33,475 nucleotides of DNA. Origin: a virus (lineage: Duplodnaviria; Caudoviricetes). The DNA is taken from positions 1 through 33,475 of IMG/VR virus record IMGVR_UViG_3300032040_000036; one strand, 5' to 3'. Both the position numbers and the translations under genes were made by a program. Positions within the stretch are counted from its first letter, which is position 1. Each line of letters opens with the position of its first letter. The notes under the pieces were generated by a model, which saw only the letters and a program-made list of their open reading frames with translations, made no database searches and had not been told where the DNA came from. Of this stretch, positions 18,641-27,315 are shown one piece after another.

Positions 18641-18847
18641 TCAGTAGCCCTTCGAGAAAGAGGCGAGACGGCGCCCTGAGTTACCAGCGCCCCCGGACAG
18701 CCCCAGATCAGCAGACATCATCTGCAATATCCGCTGCATTTCATCGAGCGAGCGGTATGTCACTGTCCGGTCGCCGTGGCGAACTACCAGCGCGCCTTCT
18801 GCAATTGCTGCCTGCAGTTCGCGGTACTGCTCTTCTGTGTAGGCCAT
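18641..18847 (-). CDS. Head completion protein gpW-like
   Basis: MAYTEEQ...AIAEG...VTYRSLDEM; TGATG overlap with the terL stop. Confidence 0.85.
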   Translation of the reverse strand: MAYTEEQYRELQAAIAEGALVVRHGDRTVTYRSLDEMQRILQMMSADLGLSGGAGNSGRRLASFSKGY

Positions 18848-20775
18848 CAGGGGCGACTCCAATAGGTTGAGCGGGCGCGTGGCCGCTCTTCTGTCTGAGC
18901 CTGTGCAAGCGCAGGCTCAAGTACATGGGTTTCAAGGTTTAATCCGAAGCGCTGCTGGCTGATACGCAGTGCGGCAAGCGCGTACACATAGCAATCGAGC
19001 GCTTCGTTCCTGCGGCCTTTTGCGTCCCAACGGTAGGTGCGCTGACCTTTCTCGATCTTCATTACCTTGCTTTCTGCGGTCAGCTGCTTGAGTTCGGACT
19101 CATCGCAGATGTCGTCATTGGCAGGCAGATGGATACATCCGGGCACCTGTACTCCAGGCTGCGGCTGAATCTTTAATCGGTTAAATATGATTTCTTTCGC
19201 GTTATCGGTGCCGACTTCGGTCAGGTATACGCGGGCCTTGGTACGGGTTCGCGGGAAGTTGGCAATCGGCTTGCCGTAGGTGCTCGCGCCCTTGATAGGG
19301 ACAACCCACTGCGGACCGTGCTTGCGGCTTTCCTCATAGACCTCATCGGTATAATGACCGCCTGAGTCCCAGCACCAGCGCTCGACCTTCATCGGCACGC
19401 CATCTGCGCGGGTGTACAGACTGTGAAGCTCAACGCCAACCTTGCGGCGCAGCTCTTCGCTGGCCGGGTCGCCGTGCAATATCCAGCGAGCCACCAGCCA
19501 GCTCTCTTCGCCGGGGCCAAATGCCCATACTCGCCCCTCGTAGCGATCATCCTGTGTGTCGATGCCGCCAACCAGAGCGCAAGCCTCAGCAGGGACGACG
19601 CCCTGCCATATTTCGCGGCGGGCATGCAGATGTTCCCACTCGACCTTTTCGCCCTGATCGTCGTCCCAGGTTTCGCCGAGCGTAGTGTTCACAAACGTCT
19701 TGAGCTTGTTCGGGTCAGACTTGGCTTTGATGAAGTCCAGAACAATCCGCCCCCAGGTGGTAAAGGGGCTGTATGCCGTCCAGACGTGCCAGCTGACGGC
19801 CTCTGGTGTTGAAATCAGATCATCACCATCAAAGAAGTCGTAGGAATCGCAGGTCCAGATCCCGGTCTTCTCGCAAATCCACCGGCACTTGTCCGGGTTG
19901 TTCTGCAGGTGCTCCTGCAATTCAAACTGCTGAATCACGCAACCGGAGTGCTCGCACACATACCAGGCATTGAGCGGTGTGTCAGGATCCCACTTGATGC
20001 CGTAGTCGCAATCCTTGCCGCCCCATTTGAGATCCTGCAATGTCTGGCAGTGCGGGCAGGGAACGTGAAGCCTGAACAGGTGCGGAGACTCGCTGGCCGC
20101 TGCCTCAATCTGGCAATCACCCTTGGTCTTGGGTGTCGATCCCCTGATTGATTTAGGGAACGTCGAGCCTTCTGTGCGCTTGTCGCCCAGGAATGTCGGG
20201 CTGCCTTCCTTCTCAACGTCTGGCGAAAATGCCGCCAACTCGTCATAGATCACGGTGTCCGCTGAGAGCTCGCGGTAGTTCTTCGCAGCCGCGCCGCCTC
20301 GGCACCAGAGCTGCTTGCCGTGCGTGAAGCGCTTTGTATCCAGCGTGTTGTCGCGGCTCTTCGTGCCATACCACGGCGCCAGATCCAGAACGGGCGGAAC
20401 GTCTCGGATCATTGTTTCAATCTGGGACTTCATAAAGCCTTGAGCAGCGCCATCAGTGGGCAGCAGCACCAGAATATTGCGGCGCTTGTGCTCGACCTGA
20501 TAACCGGTCGCTGCAATCAGCATCTTCGAGTAACCAACGCGCGCCGACTTGATCACGTTGACCGTGCGGATCTCGTCATTGCCCATGCTGTTGAGAATGG
20601 CAGTCTGGTAATAAAGCGTTTCCCAGCGGCCTTCCTGATAACTCGATTCACTGGATAGATAAAAGTTCTCGTTGGCCCACTCGACCGCTGTTACCGGGAC
20701 CGGCTTTGCCAGAGACGCAAGGCCGCGACGTACCGCCCGCTTCAGCTCATAGGTCTGCGGAAGCGAGATAGTCAT
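18847..20775 (-). CDS. terL: Terminase large subunit (lambda gpA family)
   Basis: Walker A KSARVGYSK, VIYDE, GSTP, GGIDTQ, RNEALDC. Confidence 0.97.
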   Translation of the reverse strand: MTISLPQTYELKRAVRRGLASLAKPVPVTAVEWANENFYLSSESSYQEGRWETLYYQTAILNSMGNDEIRTVNVIKSARVGYSKMLIAATGYQVEHKRRNILVLLPTDGAAQGFMKSQIETMIRDVPPVLDLAPWYGTKSRDNTLDTKRFTHGKQLWCRGGAAAKNYRELSADTVIYDELAAFSPDVEKEGSPTFLGDKRTEGSTFPKSIRGSTPKTKGDCQIEAAASESPHLFRLHVPCPHCQTLQDLKWGGKDCDYGIKWDPDTPLNAWYVCEHSGCVIQQFELQEHLQNNPDKCRWICEKTGIWTCDSYDFFDGDDLISTPEAVSWHVWTAYSPFTTWGRIVLDFIKAKSDPNKLKTFVNTTLGETWDDDQGEKVEWEHLHARREIWQGVVPAEACALVGGIDTQDDRYEGRVWAFGPGEESWLVARWILHGDPASEELRRKVGVELHSLYTRADGVPMKVERWCWDSGGHYTDEVYEESRKHGPQWVVPIKGASTYGKPIANFPRTRTKARVYLTEVGTDNAKEIIFNRLKIQPQPGVQVPGCIHLPANDDICDESELKQLTAESKVMKIEKGQRTYRWDAKGRRNEALDCYVYALAALRISQQRFGLNLETHVLEPALAQAQTEERPRARSTYWSRP

Positions 20776-21283
20776 CCAGTAAGGTGTCCAGTCGTTCGTC
20801 CAGGGTGGCGGCTTGGTTTCGCGCCTTGGCCAGTTCGCGCTGCAAAGTGTCCATTTGCCGAGTCTCTATATCTGGGTGCTTGCGCTTGATCGTCAGCGGC
20901 AGCGTGTCGAGTATCGATGCGACCTCTGCGGAGAGCCTGGACAGCGCGAACGTGGCGAACTCGACCGGCACCAGATTACGCTTGGTCACCTCATTCTTGA
21001 GTTCCTGCCCCTCGGCCTGTGCTGCAGTTAACCGCAACCGCTCCTGCTGAAGCCGGGCATCAGTTCCGCCATCCTCTTCATCTTCGTCAGGTTGGCGTGT
21101 CCGCTCGGCATGAGCCAGGCGGTTATCGACCACTGAACGGCTGGTGTAAAAGGCTTCGCGGCCAATGCGCTCGACAGGCTCAACTCGCCATTTGTCAAAG
21201 GCTTGCACGGATATTCCGAGGCTCGCGGCCATCTCGGATTTGTTCAGCCAGCCGCGCTGCTTTTTCGGTTCTGATTTTGTCAT
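20747..21283 (-). CDS. terS: Terminase small subunit (Nu1-like)
   Basis: N-terminal wHTH (LNKSEMAASLGIS), ERLRLTAAQAEGQELKN coiled coil; overlaps terL. Confidence 0.92.
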   Translation of the reverse strand: MTKSEPKKQRGWLNKSEMAASLGISVQAFDKWRVEPVERIGREAFYTSRSVVDNRLAHAERTRQPDEDEEDGGTDARLQQERLRLTAAQAEGQELKNEVTKRNLVPVEFATFALSRLSAEVASILDTLPLTIKRKHPDIETRQMDTLQRELAKARNQAATLDERLDTLLDDYLASADL

Positions 21284-21331
21284 TTGGAAACAACAACTTG
21301 CGGCTGGGGAAAATGTCGTAAGTAGATATAG

Positions 21332-21379
21332 AACGCGCCTCGAATTACCCGTGATGCCCACCCCCACCGGGAAGGACCC
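21332..21379 (-). other. cos site: cosQ GGGTCCT (21373-21379) and predicted 12-nt cohesive end GGTAATTCGAGG (21338-21349)
   Basis: Same layout as lambda: GGGTCCT, 23 nt ending ACG, 12-mer, CGCG; just upstream of terS. Confidence 0.8.
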
Positions 21380-21404
21380 AAAAGGGGGGGCCTATAGGGG
21401 CATG

Positions 21405-22130
21405 CTACCGGGCGGTGGCTATAGCTTTCGCATAAGCCTTGCGGAACTCATCAGCGAGGTTCTTATCAATGGCTTTGTTGCCCACTCCGTAGAAGTTCAA
21501 GCGCCTGCTGTAGCTTGGGCGGCGGGTGAACGCTATCAGTACCTGCATGCGATTGCGGCTTGTGCGCTCTGCAATCCCTATTGGCGTGCTACCTCGTTTC
21601 ATAACGAAGTAAGTCTTTGCATTACCCTTGCGCTTACTGCGCGTACTGGATGATGCGTTGGCTGTGTAGCCTTGTTCGGACAGACCGCCTATACCTGACA
21701 ACGCCTTGATTATCGCGCCCCTGCTAAGGTTGCCGAACCTATCGAGCTTTGCATTGCGTCCAGGCGCTATGAACTTTCCAGCTGGCAGGATGCCTCTGCC
21801 CCTGAGGCTGCGCTCACTGGCCTTATCCCTGCGCCCGCCGCCATCGATCTGCGGGTTAAGCCAGGTGGTTGCAGGAGCGGCCTTGTCTGCCTCGTTCTTC
21901 ATATCAACAGCAGCAAACAATTTGTCTTTCTTTGCTGGGATGATGCGTAGGCTTTTCATGGTGAATTTGGTGGGGCGATCAAACACGCGGGCCATCTCTT
22001 CCTCAATCTCACCCTTGGCAATGATTGCCGTCTTGGTTAGCGCTACAGCCGTGGCAAACGCCACCTGCTTATCTGCCTTTACCATTGCCTCTCTGGCTTT
22101 GCCAAAGCCCTTTTGAACTACCCTGATCAC
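21405..22130 (-). CDS. Basic phage protein, probable tail completion (gpZ-like)
   Basis: VAFATAVALTKTA...FDRPTKFT motif, Lys/Arg-rich; GTGA overlap defines the start. Confidence 0.55.
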   Translation of the reverse strand: MIRVVQKGFGKAREAMVKADKQVAFATAVALTKTAIIAKGEIEEEMARVFDRPTKFTMKSLRIIPAKKDKLFAAVDMKNEADKAAPATTWLNPQIDGGGRRDKASERSLRGRGILPAGKFIAPGRNAKLDRFGNLSRGAIIKALSGIGGLSEQGYTANASSSTRSKRKGNAKTYFVMKRGSTPIGIAERTSRNRMQVLIAFTRRPSYSRRLNFYGVGNKAIDKNLADEFRKAYAKAIATAR

Positions 22131-22363
22131 TTGGACGACACCAGTATATGGAGCGCACAGGCTTCTCTTAGGTTTTCGGCATCTGCGTCCCTCCATGCGG
22201 AAAGGCCGGCGTCTTGGTACTCGGTCGGTCTTCCAGGCATTGGTATCCCTGGCCGTGCCATCTTGTATCTGACCTGGACCACAAGAGTTCCGCGAAAGCC
22301 TCTTCGCATCCTCACATCGGCAATCTCTCCACGCTCATGCGCTGGCAAGCTGAAAGCGGCCAT
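22127..22363 (-). CDS. Hypothetical protein (78 aa)
   Basis: Coupled to the Rz stop and the next start; GAGAGG RBS. Confidence 0.7.
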   Translation of the reverse strand: MAAFSLPAHERGEIADVRMRRGFRGTLVVQVRYKMARPGIPMPGRPTEYQDAGLSAWRDADAENLREACALHILVSSK

Positions 22364-22836
22364 TAGCTATCACCTCTCAAACAAACGAGCCCCACATACT
22401 CCTGCAATCCCTTGAGCGCCTTCTCTGTCAGGGTGAGTTGTTTTCGTAGGGCGTAATAATCCGGTCGAGAATCGGCAGAGAGCTCGGCTGTTCCTGCATC
22501 ATCCAGGCTGGGGGTGCTGGTGGTATCGGGCACTCTGGGGCAATCTGCTTTGATGCGCAGCCGCTTAGTACCAGCAGCGACAGCAGCAGCGAGACGGTCA
22601 TTCTCTGTCTGTGCATCAGTCAGTTCCTGTGTTGTGCGGCGGTCGAACTCTGCCGCATCGGCGATCAGTTCACGCTGTAGCTTGAGCGTGGCCCGGATGC
22701 TTTCGACTGCTGCCTGTGACTGTTCAAGCTGGCCTTTGACCGTGCCAAGGCTTTCGGTCTTACTATCGAGCTGCCACCAGAGCAGGCCCAAGCACAGCAA
22801 CAGGGCCGCGATCACGCTGATCAGGATCTTTGTCAT
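22363..22836 (-). CDS. Rz: i-spanin
   Basis: N-terminal TM, coiled coil, KRLRIKADCP, LKGLQEYV. Confidence 0.92.
   Translation of the reverse strand: MTKILISVIAALLLCLGLLWWQLDSKTESLGTVKGQLEQSQAAVESIRATLKLQRELIADAAEFDRRTTQELTDAQTENDRLAAAVAAGTKRLRIKADCPRVPDTTSTPSLDDAGTAELSADSRPDYYALRKQLTLTEKALKGLQEYVGLVCLRGDS
22428..22601 (-). CDS. Rz1: o-spanin lipoprotein embedded in Rz
   Basis: Lipobox LSGC, Pro-rich PPAPPAWMM, shifted frame inside Rz. Confidence 0.9.
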   Translation of the reverse strand: MTVSLLLSLLVLSGCASKQIAPECPIPPAPPAWMMQEQPSSLPILDRIITPYENNSP

Positions 22837-23293
22837 GCTTCAGGCCCTCAAGGCACAGTTGGCGCTCTGACTCACGTCGAGTGACTAGGCCATTCAGCTT
22901 CCGCCCCTTGGCATACACCCACCGGGGCAGCTCATTACAGGCGCCTACCATGTCGCCGGCCTTGGCCTTGCGCAGTAGCGTGGATGATTCAAAGTTGCCG
23001 ACGCCCACGTTATAGACGAACGATCCCAGCGCTGCCCTTGTTGCAGGCGGCACGCTTGGCAAGTGCTTATCGACGGCGGCAAGAGCCCAGCCTAGATCCT
23101 GCTGAAGCAGCTCTTCACACTCTGCGTCAGTCTTTACCTGTCCCAGCTTTGCCGTGGCTGTATGGCCATCGCAGATGGTTGGAATCCCTACAGGGTCCAG
23201 ATAGCCGATCAGCTCCCGCCCTTCGTAGTAGCCAACAATGGAACCGGCCATAGCTAAAGAGCCAGCAATCAGCGCCTTCTGAACGATGTTCAC
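22763..23293 (-). CDS. SAR endolysin (GH24 lysozyme)
   Basis: Weakly hydrophobic Gly/Ala N-terminus then catalytic E-x8-D-x5-T (YEG...DPVGIPT), GLVTRR; GTGA overlap with the holin stop. Confidence 0.92.
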   Translation of the reverse strand: MNIVQKALIAGSLAMAGSIVGYYEGRELIGYLDPVGIPTICDGHTATAKLGQVKTDAECEELLQQDLGWALAAVDKHLPSVPPATRAALGSFVYNVGVGNFESSTLLRKAKAGDMVGACNELPRWVYAKGRKLNGLVTRRESERQLCLEGLKHDKDPDQRDRGPVAVLGPALVAAR

Positions 23294-23493
23294 GACTTTT
23301 TGCGCCAATCACGGAACATATCCCTGTATTTAGGAATCAGCAGGACTATCTGAAGGGCCATGTATGCAGCCGTCAGCATGTACGCCACGTCAGTCCAGTT
23401 AATTGTGCCGGTGACGCCTGTACCCACTACCGCGAGCGCTGGTGCTGCCTTCGCTACGGCTATGGTGACTTCATTGGCTAGCTGGTTAGACAT
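23290..23493 (-). CDS. Holin (probably a pinholin)
   Basis: 67 aa, two hydrophobic segments, basic C-terminus, precedes a SAR endolysin. Confidence 0.8.
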   Translation of the reverse strand: MSNQLANEVTIAVAKAAPALAVVGTGVTGTINWTDVAYMLTAAYMALQIVLLIPKYRDMFRDWRKKS

Positions 23494-23698
23494 AAGGCGT
23501 CCTATGGTTAAGTCCCGGCCATGCGCACAGCGCTGATCCGCCTATAAGCAAGGATGCGGTGGATGGCCAGGGAACAGGGTGGTCCCGGCTTGAATCAGAG
23601 GCGCGGGATCTTTTGGAAATTGGGCGGGCTGCTTGCTGGTAGGCTTACCGGTGCTTTTGGTGTGCGGTGCTATCCGCGCTTATGCCTTTTCGCAGCCC

Positions 23699-23732
23699 AA
23701 AAAAAAGCCCCGACACAATGGCCAGGGCTTTT
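23699..23732 (-). terminator. tR'-like terminator after the Q-like gene
   Basis: AGCCCTGGC-CATTGT-GTCGGGGCT followed by a T run on the minus strand. Confidence 0.8.
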
Positions 23733-23778
23733 CAAAGCGGTAAAACCGCAATATGGAGATATATTGTTCGTTTGTTCG

Positions 23779-24330
23779 CTAACAAGCAAGCTCTTTTTGC
23801 TGAGAATTCATATTTTCCGCAATAATTAACCCCTGAAAACTCATGATTGATGATACTTGTTCGTGCGCCTCGTTTACACGCTCGTTCAGCCACTTCCTGG
23901 TCAATGACTTCCAGCGGCGCAGCGTCCCGTCCGGGTTGCCGTCGCAGTCCCATGATTGAACCTCATAAAACGAATCAGGAAGGCGCGTAGGAGCTGCCCA
24001 GCAGGTCGTGCATTTGGTCTTGAACAGGTGCGGAGCAGGGCTATCAATGCGCGGTATCAGCCAGCCAACAGACTGTCCGACCTCCACGTCATTGATCGAG
24101 TATTTAGCGACGATGGCATGCCAAGTCGCTGCGTCCATGTACTTATGCAGTATTGCCCTGGCTATGCAGTCCTGTGTCAGCCGATCTTCTGCCGTCAGGT
24201 CAGACGAGCCGCGAAGCTCTGGCCAGCCAGACTCGCAAAGCATCTGCCAGCCTGCTTTGGCGGTCGAGTCATTGGTTTCGATTGACATCACCCTTGCTAT
24301 GCAGTGCCCTGCGTCTCTATATACCGTCAC
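23779..24330 (-). CDS. Putative late antiterminator (Q position)
   Basis: Last gene before the terminator and lysis cassette; C-terminal HTH-like PDGTLRRWK; GAGGG RBS before GTG. Confidence 0.6.
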   Translation of the reverse strand: MTVYRDAGHCIARVMSIETNDSTAKAGWQMLCESGWPELRGSSDLTAEDRLTQDCIARAILHKYMDAATWHAIVAKYSINDVEVGQSVGWLIPRIDSPAPHLFKTKCTTCWAAPTRLPDSFYEVQSWDCDGNPDGTLRRWKSLTRKWLNERVNEAHEQVSSIMSFQGLIIAENMNSQQKELAC

Positions 24331-24340
24331 GGTTCTGCCC

Positions 24341-24622
24341 TCAGTCGCCCACAAAGTTACCGCGTACCCCAGCCCGGCCAGACTGGGGGTGATACTCAAC
24401 TTCGCCTTGTGCCGAAGTAGCCCGCAAAATCCTGTTCATCTTGATCATCTTTGCCATCGATCGCCCCAGGTGCTGGGTGATGTCCACGCCTGCCACCGGC
24501 AACCAGCCGACCCCATCGCAAACAGCGCAATCGAGCTCATGGAATACGCCTGGCACCACCCCGGAGTTGTCACAGGCTGTGCACGGATCCAGAGGCGGTA
24601 GGGCCTTTTTATGGTGGGTCAT
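24341..24622 (-). CDS. nin-region Zn-finger hypothetical protein
   Basis: CTACDNSG and CAVCDGVG. Confidence 0.75.
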   Translation of the reverse strand: MTHHKKALPPLDPCTACDNSGVVPGVFHELDCAVCDGVGWLPVAGVDITQHLGRSMAKMIKMNRILRATSAQGEVEYHPQSGRAGVRGNFVGD

Positions 24623-24820
24623 TCAGTCGCCCTCTCGGTGGATGTGCACGCAGCGGTCAATGTCTGCGGGGTTGTGGCTAAAGAAGGTGGAGCCGTCCGG
24701 GGCCTTGCATACGAACTGCTGCTGATCGCCGCACGCATACACCTCTCTGCGGTACCCGTCTTCGGTTTCCCACACATCAAGGCCAGGCTCCACGCGCTCC
24801 CAATCAATCGAAATATTCAT
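24623..24820 (-). CDS. Hypothetical protein (65 aa)
   Basis: Fits operon packing between flanking genes. Confidence 0.6.
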   Translation of the reverse strand: MNISIDWERVEPGLDVWETEDGYRREVYACGDQQQFVCKAPDGSTFFSHNPADIDRCVHIHREGD

Positions 24821-25157
24821 AAGCCCACTGGCCTCCCTTGCCCTTCTTCACCGCCACGAACCGAAACGGGAACAACTCAGCCGCCAGCCTGATCTTCACC
24901 CGGGCGTCATCAGTCCAGAAGCCTTTGACCTCATGTATCTCCATCACGCCGTCAGCACACATCACCGGGAAGTCAGGCGTATAGAAGGTGTTATCAGCCA
25001 GCCTGAACTTCAGGCCCTCGAAGTTGTACCAGGCAATCTCACCCGCGGCCTTCATCAGCTCCAGCTTGCGGGCATAGGCAGCCTCGGTCTGGTTCATCTT
25101 GCCGGCCTTGAGCCTACCCAGCGCCTGCATGTTTTTCAGTGGATTTACCCTTTTCAT
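24804..25157 (-). CDS. DUF1064-like PD-(D/E)xK endonuclease
   Basis: MNQTEAAY, YTPDF, HEVKG motifs. Confidence 0.85.
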   Translation of the reverse strand: MKRVNPLKNMQALGRLKAGKMNQTEAAYARKLELMKAAGEIAWYNFEGLKFRLADNTFYTPDFPVMCADGVMEIHEVKGFWTDDARVKIRLAAELFPFRFVAVKKGKGGQWAYEYFD

Positions 25158-25159
25158 GG

Positions 25160-26188
25160 CTATCTACACCCTCCCCATTGAGAAACGCAGGAATCGGCTA
25201 TAGTGCCCGCCTGCTCTACGCTTGCGCCGTTCGGCAGAAATGCAGGAACAGCCACTTTTATTCCATGTGCATCAGCAAAACCCAATTCATCGAGCCGGTC
25301 ATGCCAGCGCTCCAGAGCTGCCCTGCGCCGCTCCATAACGTCCCGGGTGATGTAAGTCTCGGTGGTCACGCCCAAGGTATGGTTGATCAGTAGTTCGCCC
25401 ACCATGTGGTCAATACCGATATCCGCCAGGCTCGATCTCATCAACTTGCGTAGGTCATGGCTGGTCCACTGCCTGTTGCTTACATCACGCATAAGGGCAT
25501 GAGCGCTGGTATCAGCCAGCCGTGCCCCTCCGCGTACAGGGAATACCCATGCCGCCTTCAATCGCGGATCTGGCAATGCCTTACGGTATCGATCGAGCAG
25601 GCCCAGCACCTGGGGCGTGAGTGGCAGCACATGCTCACGACGGCTCTTGGTGTTTGCCTCCGGTATCACCCACACCCGCTCATCAAGGGAGATATGCGAC
25701 CAGCGGGCCATGATCGTCTCAGCAATGCGGGTACCGTGCGCCAACATCATCAGCGGCAGCATGCCCTTGGCGGGGTCTGCATTGAACGTGGACACCAGAT
25801 GCCGAACCAGCTCACCCAGGTCGACGCGCGACAATGCCGCGGGCTTGGGTCGCAGCTTGCCCTTATAGAAGTCGCGGAAAGTGGTGCCGTTCAGCGGGTT
25901 GGTATCGATGCGCCCTTGGTCTGACGCCATCCGGAAAGCCTGCCGCATACCCTGCAGCGCCTTCTGCACTGTCCGCGGTTTCAGGCTTTGATGCATCGGG
26001 AATACCATCAGGTCATCCAGCACCACGCGGTCCAACTTGCGCAGCTTCACCTTGCCCACCTTGGGGATCACATGCTTGCGCATCAGACTGCCCATGCTCG
26101 CCCGGTACTTCTCGGAGCGTGTGCGGTCGCCTTCGATGCGGCTCAGCCACCACAACACCACCTCACTGACCGTTTTCATTGCGCTCAC
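25160..26188 (-). CDS. Tyrosine recombinase lacking an arm-binding domain
   Basis: GTRIAE (R), NTK (K), SHDLRK (HxxR), LINH, TETY (Y); 342 aa beginning at the core-binding domain. Confidence 0.92.
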   Translation of the reverse strand: MSAMKTVSEVVLWWLSRIEGDRTRSEKYRASMGSLMRKHVIPKVGKVKLRKLDRVVLDDLMVFPMHQSLKPRTVQKALQGMRQAFRMASDQGRIDTNPLNGTTFRDFYKGKLRPKPAALSRVDLGELVRHLVSTFNADPAKGMLPLMMLAHGTRIAETIMARWSHISLDERVWVIPEANTKSRREHVLPLTPQVLGLLDRYRKALPDPRLKAAWVFPVRGGARLADTSAHALMRDVSNRQWTSHDLRKLMRSSLADIGIDHMVGELLINHTLGVTTETYITRDVMERRRAALERWHDRLDELGFADAHGIKVAVPAFLPNGASVEQAGTIADSCVSQWGGCR

Positions 26189-26432
26189 GCTTCCCCCTGG
26201 ACTTCATCGTGTTCAGCTGGGCCCGTACCAGCGGCTCCAGATCGCCCAACTGCCGCAATGCTGCCTCCGCCTTGAACCGGCTCAACAAACATATCCGGCT
26301 GGCTTCCTGCTTCACCTTGGCGTCTACCTGCAGGCACCACGCCCGGTCCGCCGCTATCTCTGCCCGAACATCGGCAGGTAGAGTCGCCAGATTCAATCCA
26401 GCACGCACCGCAGAGTGTTCTTCGGGGGTCAT
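26163..26432 (-). CDS. Hypothetical protein (89 aa)
   Basis: GGAG RBS and ATGA overlap with the upstream gene. Confidence 0.65.
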   Translation of the reverse strand: MTPEEHSAVRAGLNLATLPADVRAEIAADRAWCLQVDAKVKQEASRICLLSRFKAEAALRQLGDLEPLVRAQLNTMKSRGKRERNENGQ

Positions 26433-26641
26433 GCATCACTCCCGCCCGCATCGACACCATGGGGATCCATGGCAGTGGACTCTCGAGTCTCAACCAGCCA
26501 GCTCTTGTAATGGATCCACCCAACCGGGCAGCCTCTGCGCGTCAGCTTCAGCGGGTTGCGGTTTACGACCTCGTAACCCATGCCGGTCAGGCGGTTCACA
26601 GAAGTACGCAGATCAAGTTGCATGCGGCGTTCGTTGTTCAC
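26429..26641 (-). CDS. Hypothetical protein (70 aa)
   Basis: GGAGG RBS and GTGA overlap with the P stop. Confidence 0.65.
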   Translation of the reverse strand: MNNERRMQLDLRTSVNRLTGMGYEVVNRNPLKLTRRGCPVGWIHYKSWLVETRESTAMDPHGVDAGGSDA

Positions 26642-27315
26642 TGGACGGCCTCCCCGGCAAGCGCTGCGCGCATCGCTGCAATTGCGGAGCGGGCTTTTTG
26701 GGGGTCGGCCGGCGCAGATGGGGTAGCGGGCAAAGCCTTGGGAATCTCCCGTAGCGGCTCACCAGCCAACACCATCTTGCATGTGATCCCGTAGGCCCTT
26801 TCAAAGAGAGCGCGTGCCGGATCCATCTGCAGACGACCAAGGCTGTACAATCCAGCCTCAATCGCAGCGTGACGCACGGCCAAGTGGGCCCATGCGGTTG
26901 GGTCATCAATGCGCGAACCCATGGCCGGGTGCGCCATGCGCAAAGCATCTCGAAACGCCCTTTCAGTCGACGGCAAGCCAAGCATCTCGGGTGTCGGCTC
27001 GCACCACTTCACAAACTTGCCCGCGCTGGGCATGAAGTCACTGCCGGACGTGCGAGCCGCGGCCAGGCCAAAGCGAATCTGCTCAATCCGAGTGATCTCG
27101 GCCGCCATGAACGCCTTGATCCAATTGCGCTTGGCGGTGCTCAGGGCCTGAGCATCTGGCCAAGCCTGCTTCCACGCCGGGAATATCGCCTGCAGCTCAC
27201 GGAACAGCTTGTTCACCACCAGGGCAGTGTCCTGATCAACCTCACGGGGTACGGCTGGAGCGCCCCCCATACCAGCAGCCAGCGCACGCTGTGCAGTTAC
27301 GGATACCTGTTTCAT
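26638..27315 (-). CDS. Replication protein P (helicase loader, lambda P family)
   Basis: VNKLFRELQAIFPAW...AKRNW...FMPSAGKFVKWC. Confidence 0.9.
   Translation of the reverse strand: MKQVSVTAQRALAAGMGGAPAVPREVDQDTALVVNKLFRELQAIFPAWKQAWPDAQALSTAKRNWIKAFMAAEITRIEQIRFGLAAARTSGSDFMPSAGKFVKWCEPTPEMLGLPSTERAFRDALRMAHPAMGSRIDDPTAWAHLAVRHAAIEAGLYSLGRLQMDPARALFERAYGITCKMVLAGEPLREIPKALPATPSAPADPQKARSAIAAMRAALAGEAVQ

Noticed and set aside
23755-23790. Exact pR' promoter with CGAACAA repeats as a Q-binding element
   Set aside because: Plausible by position, but no -35/-10 pair fits well enough to call
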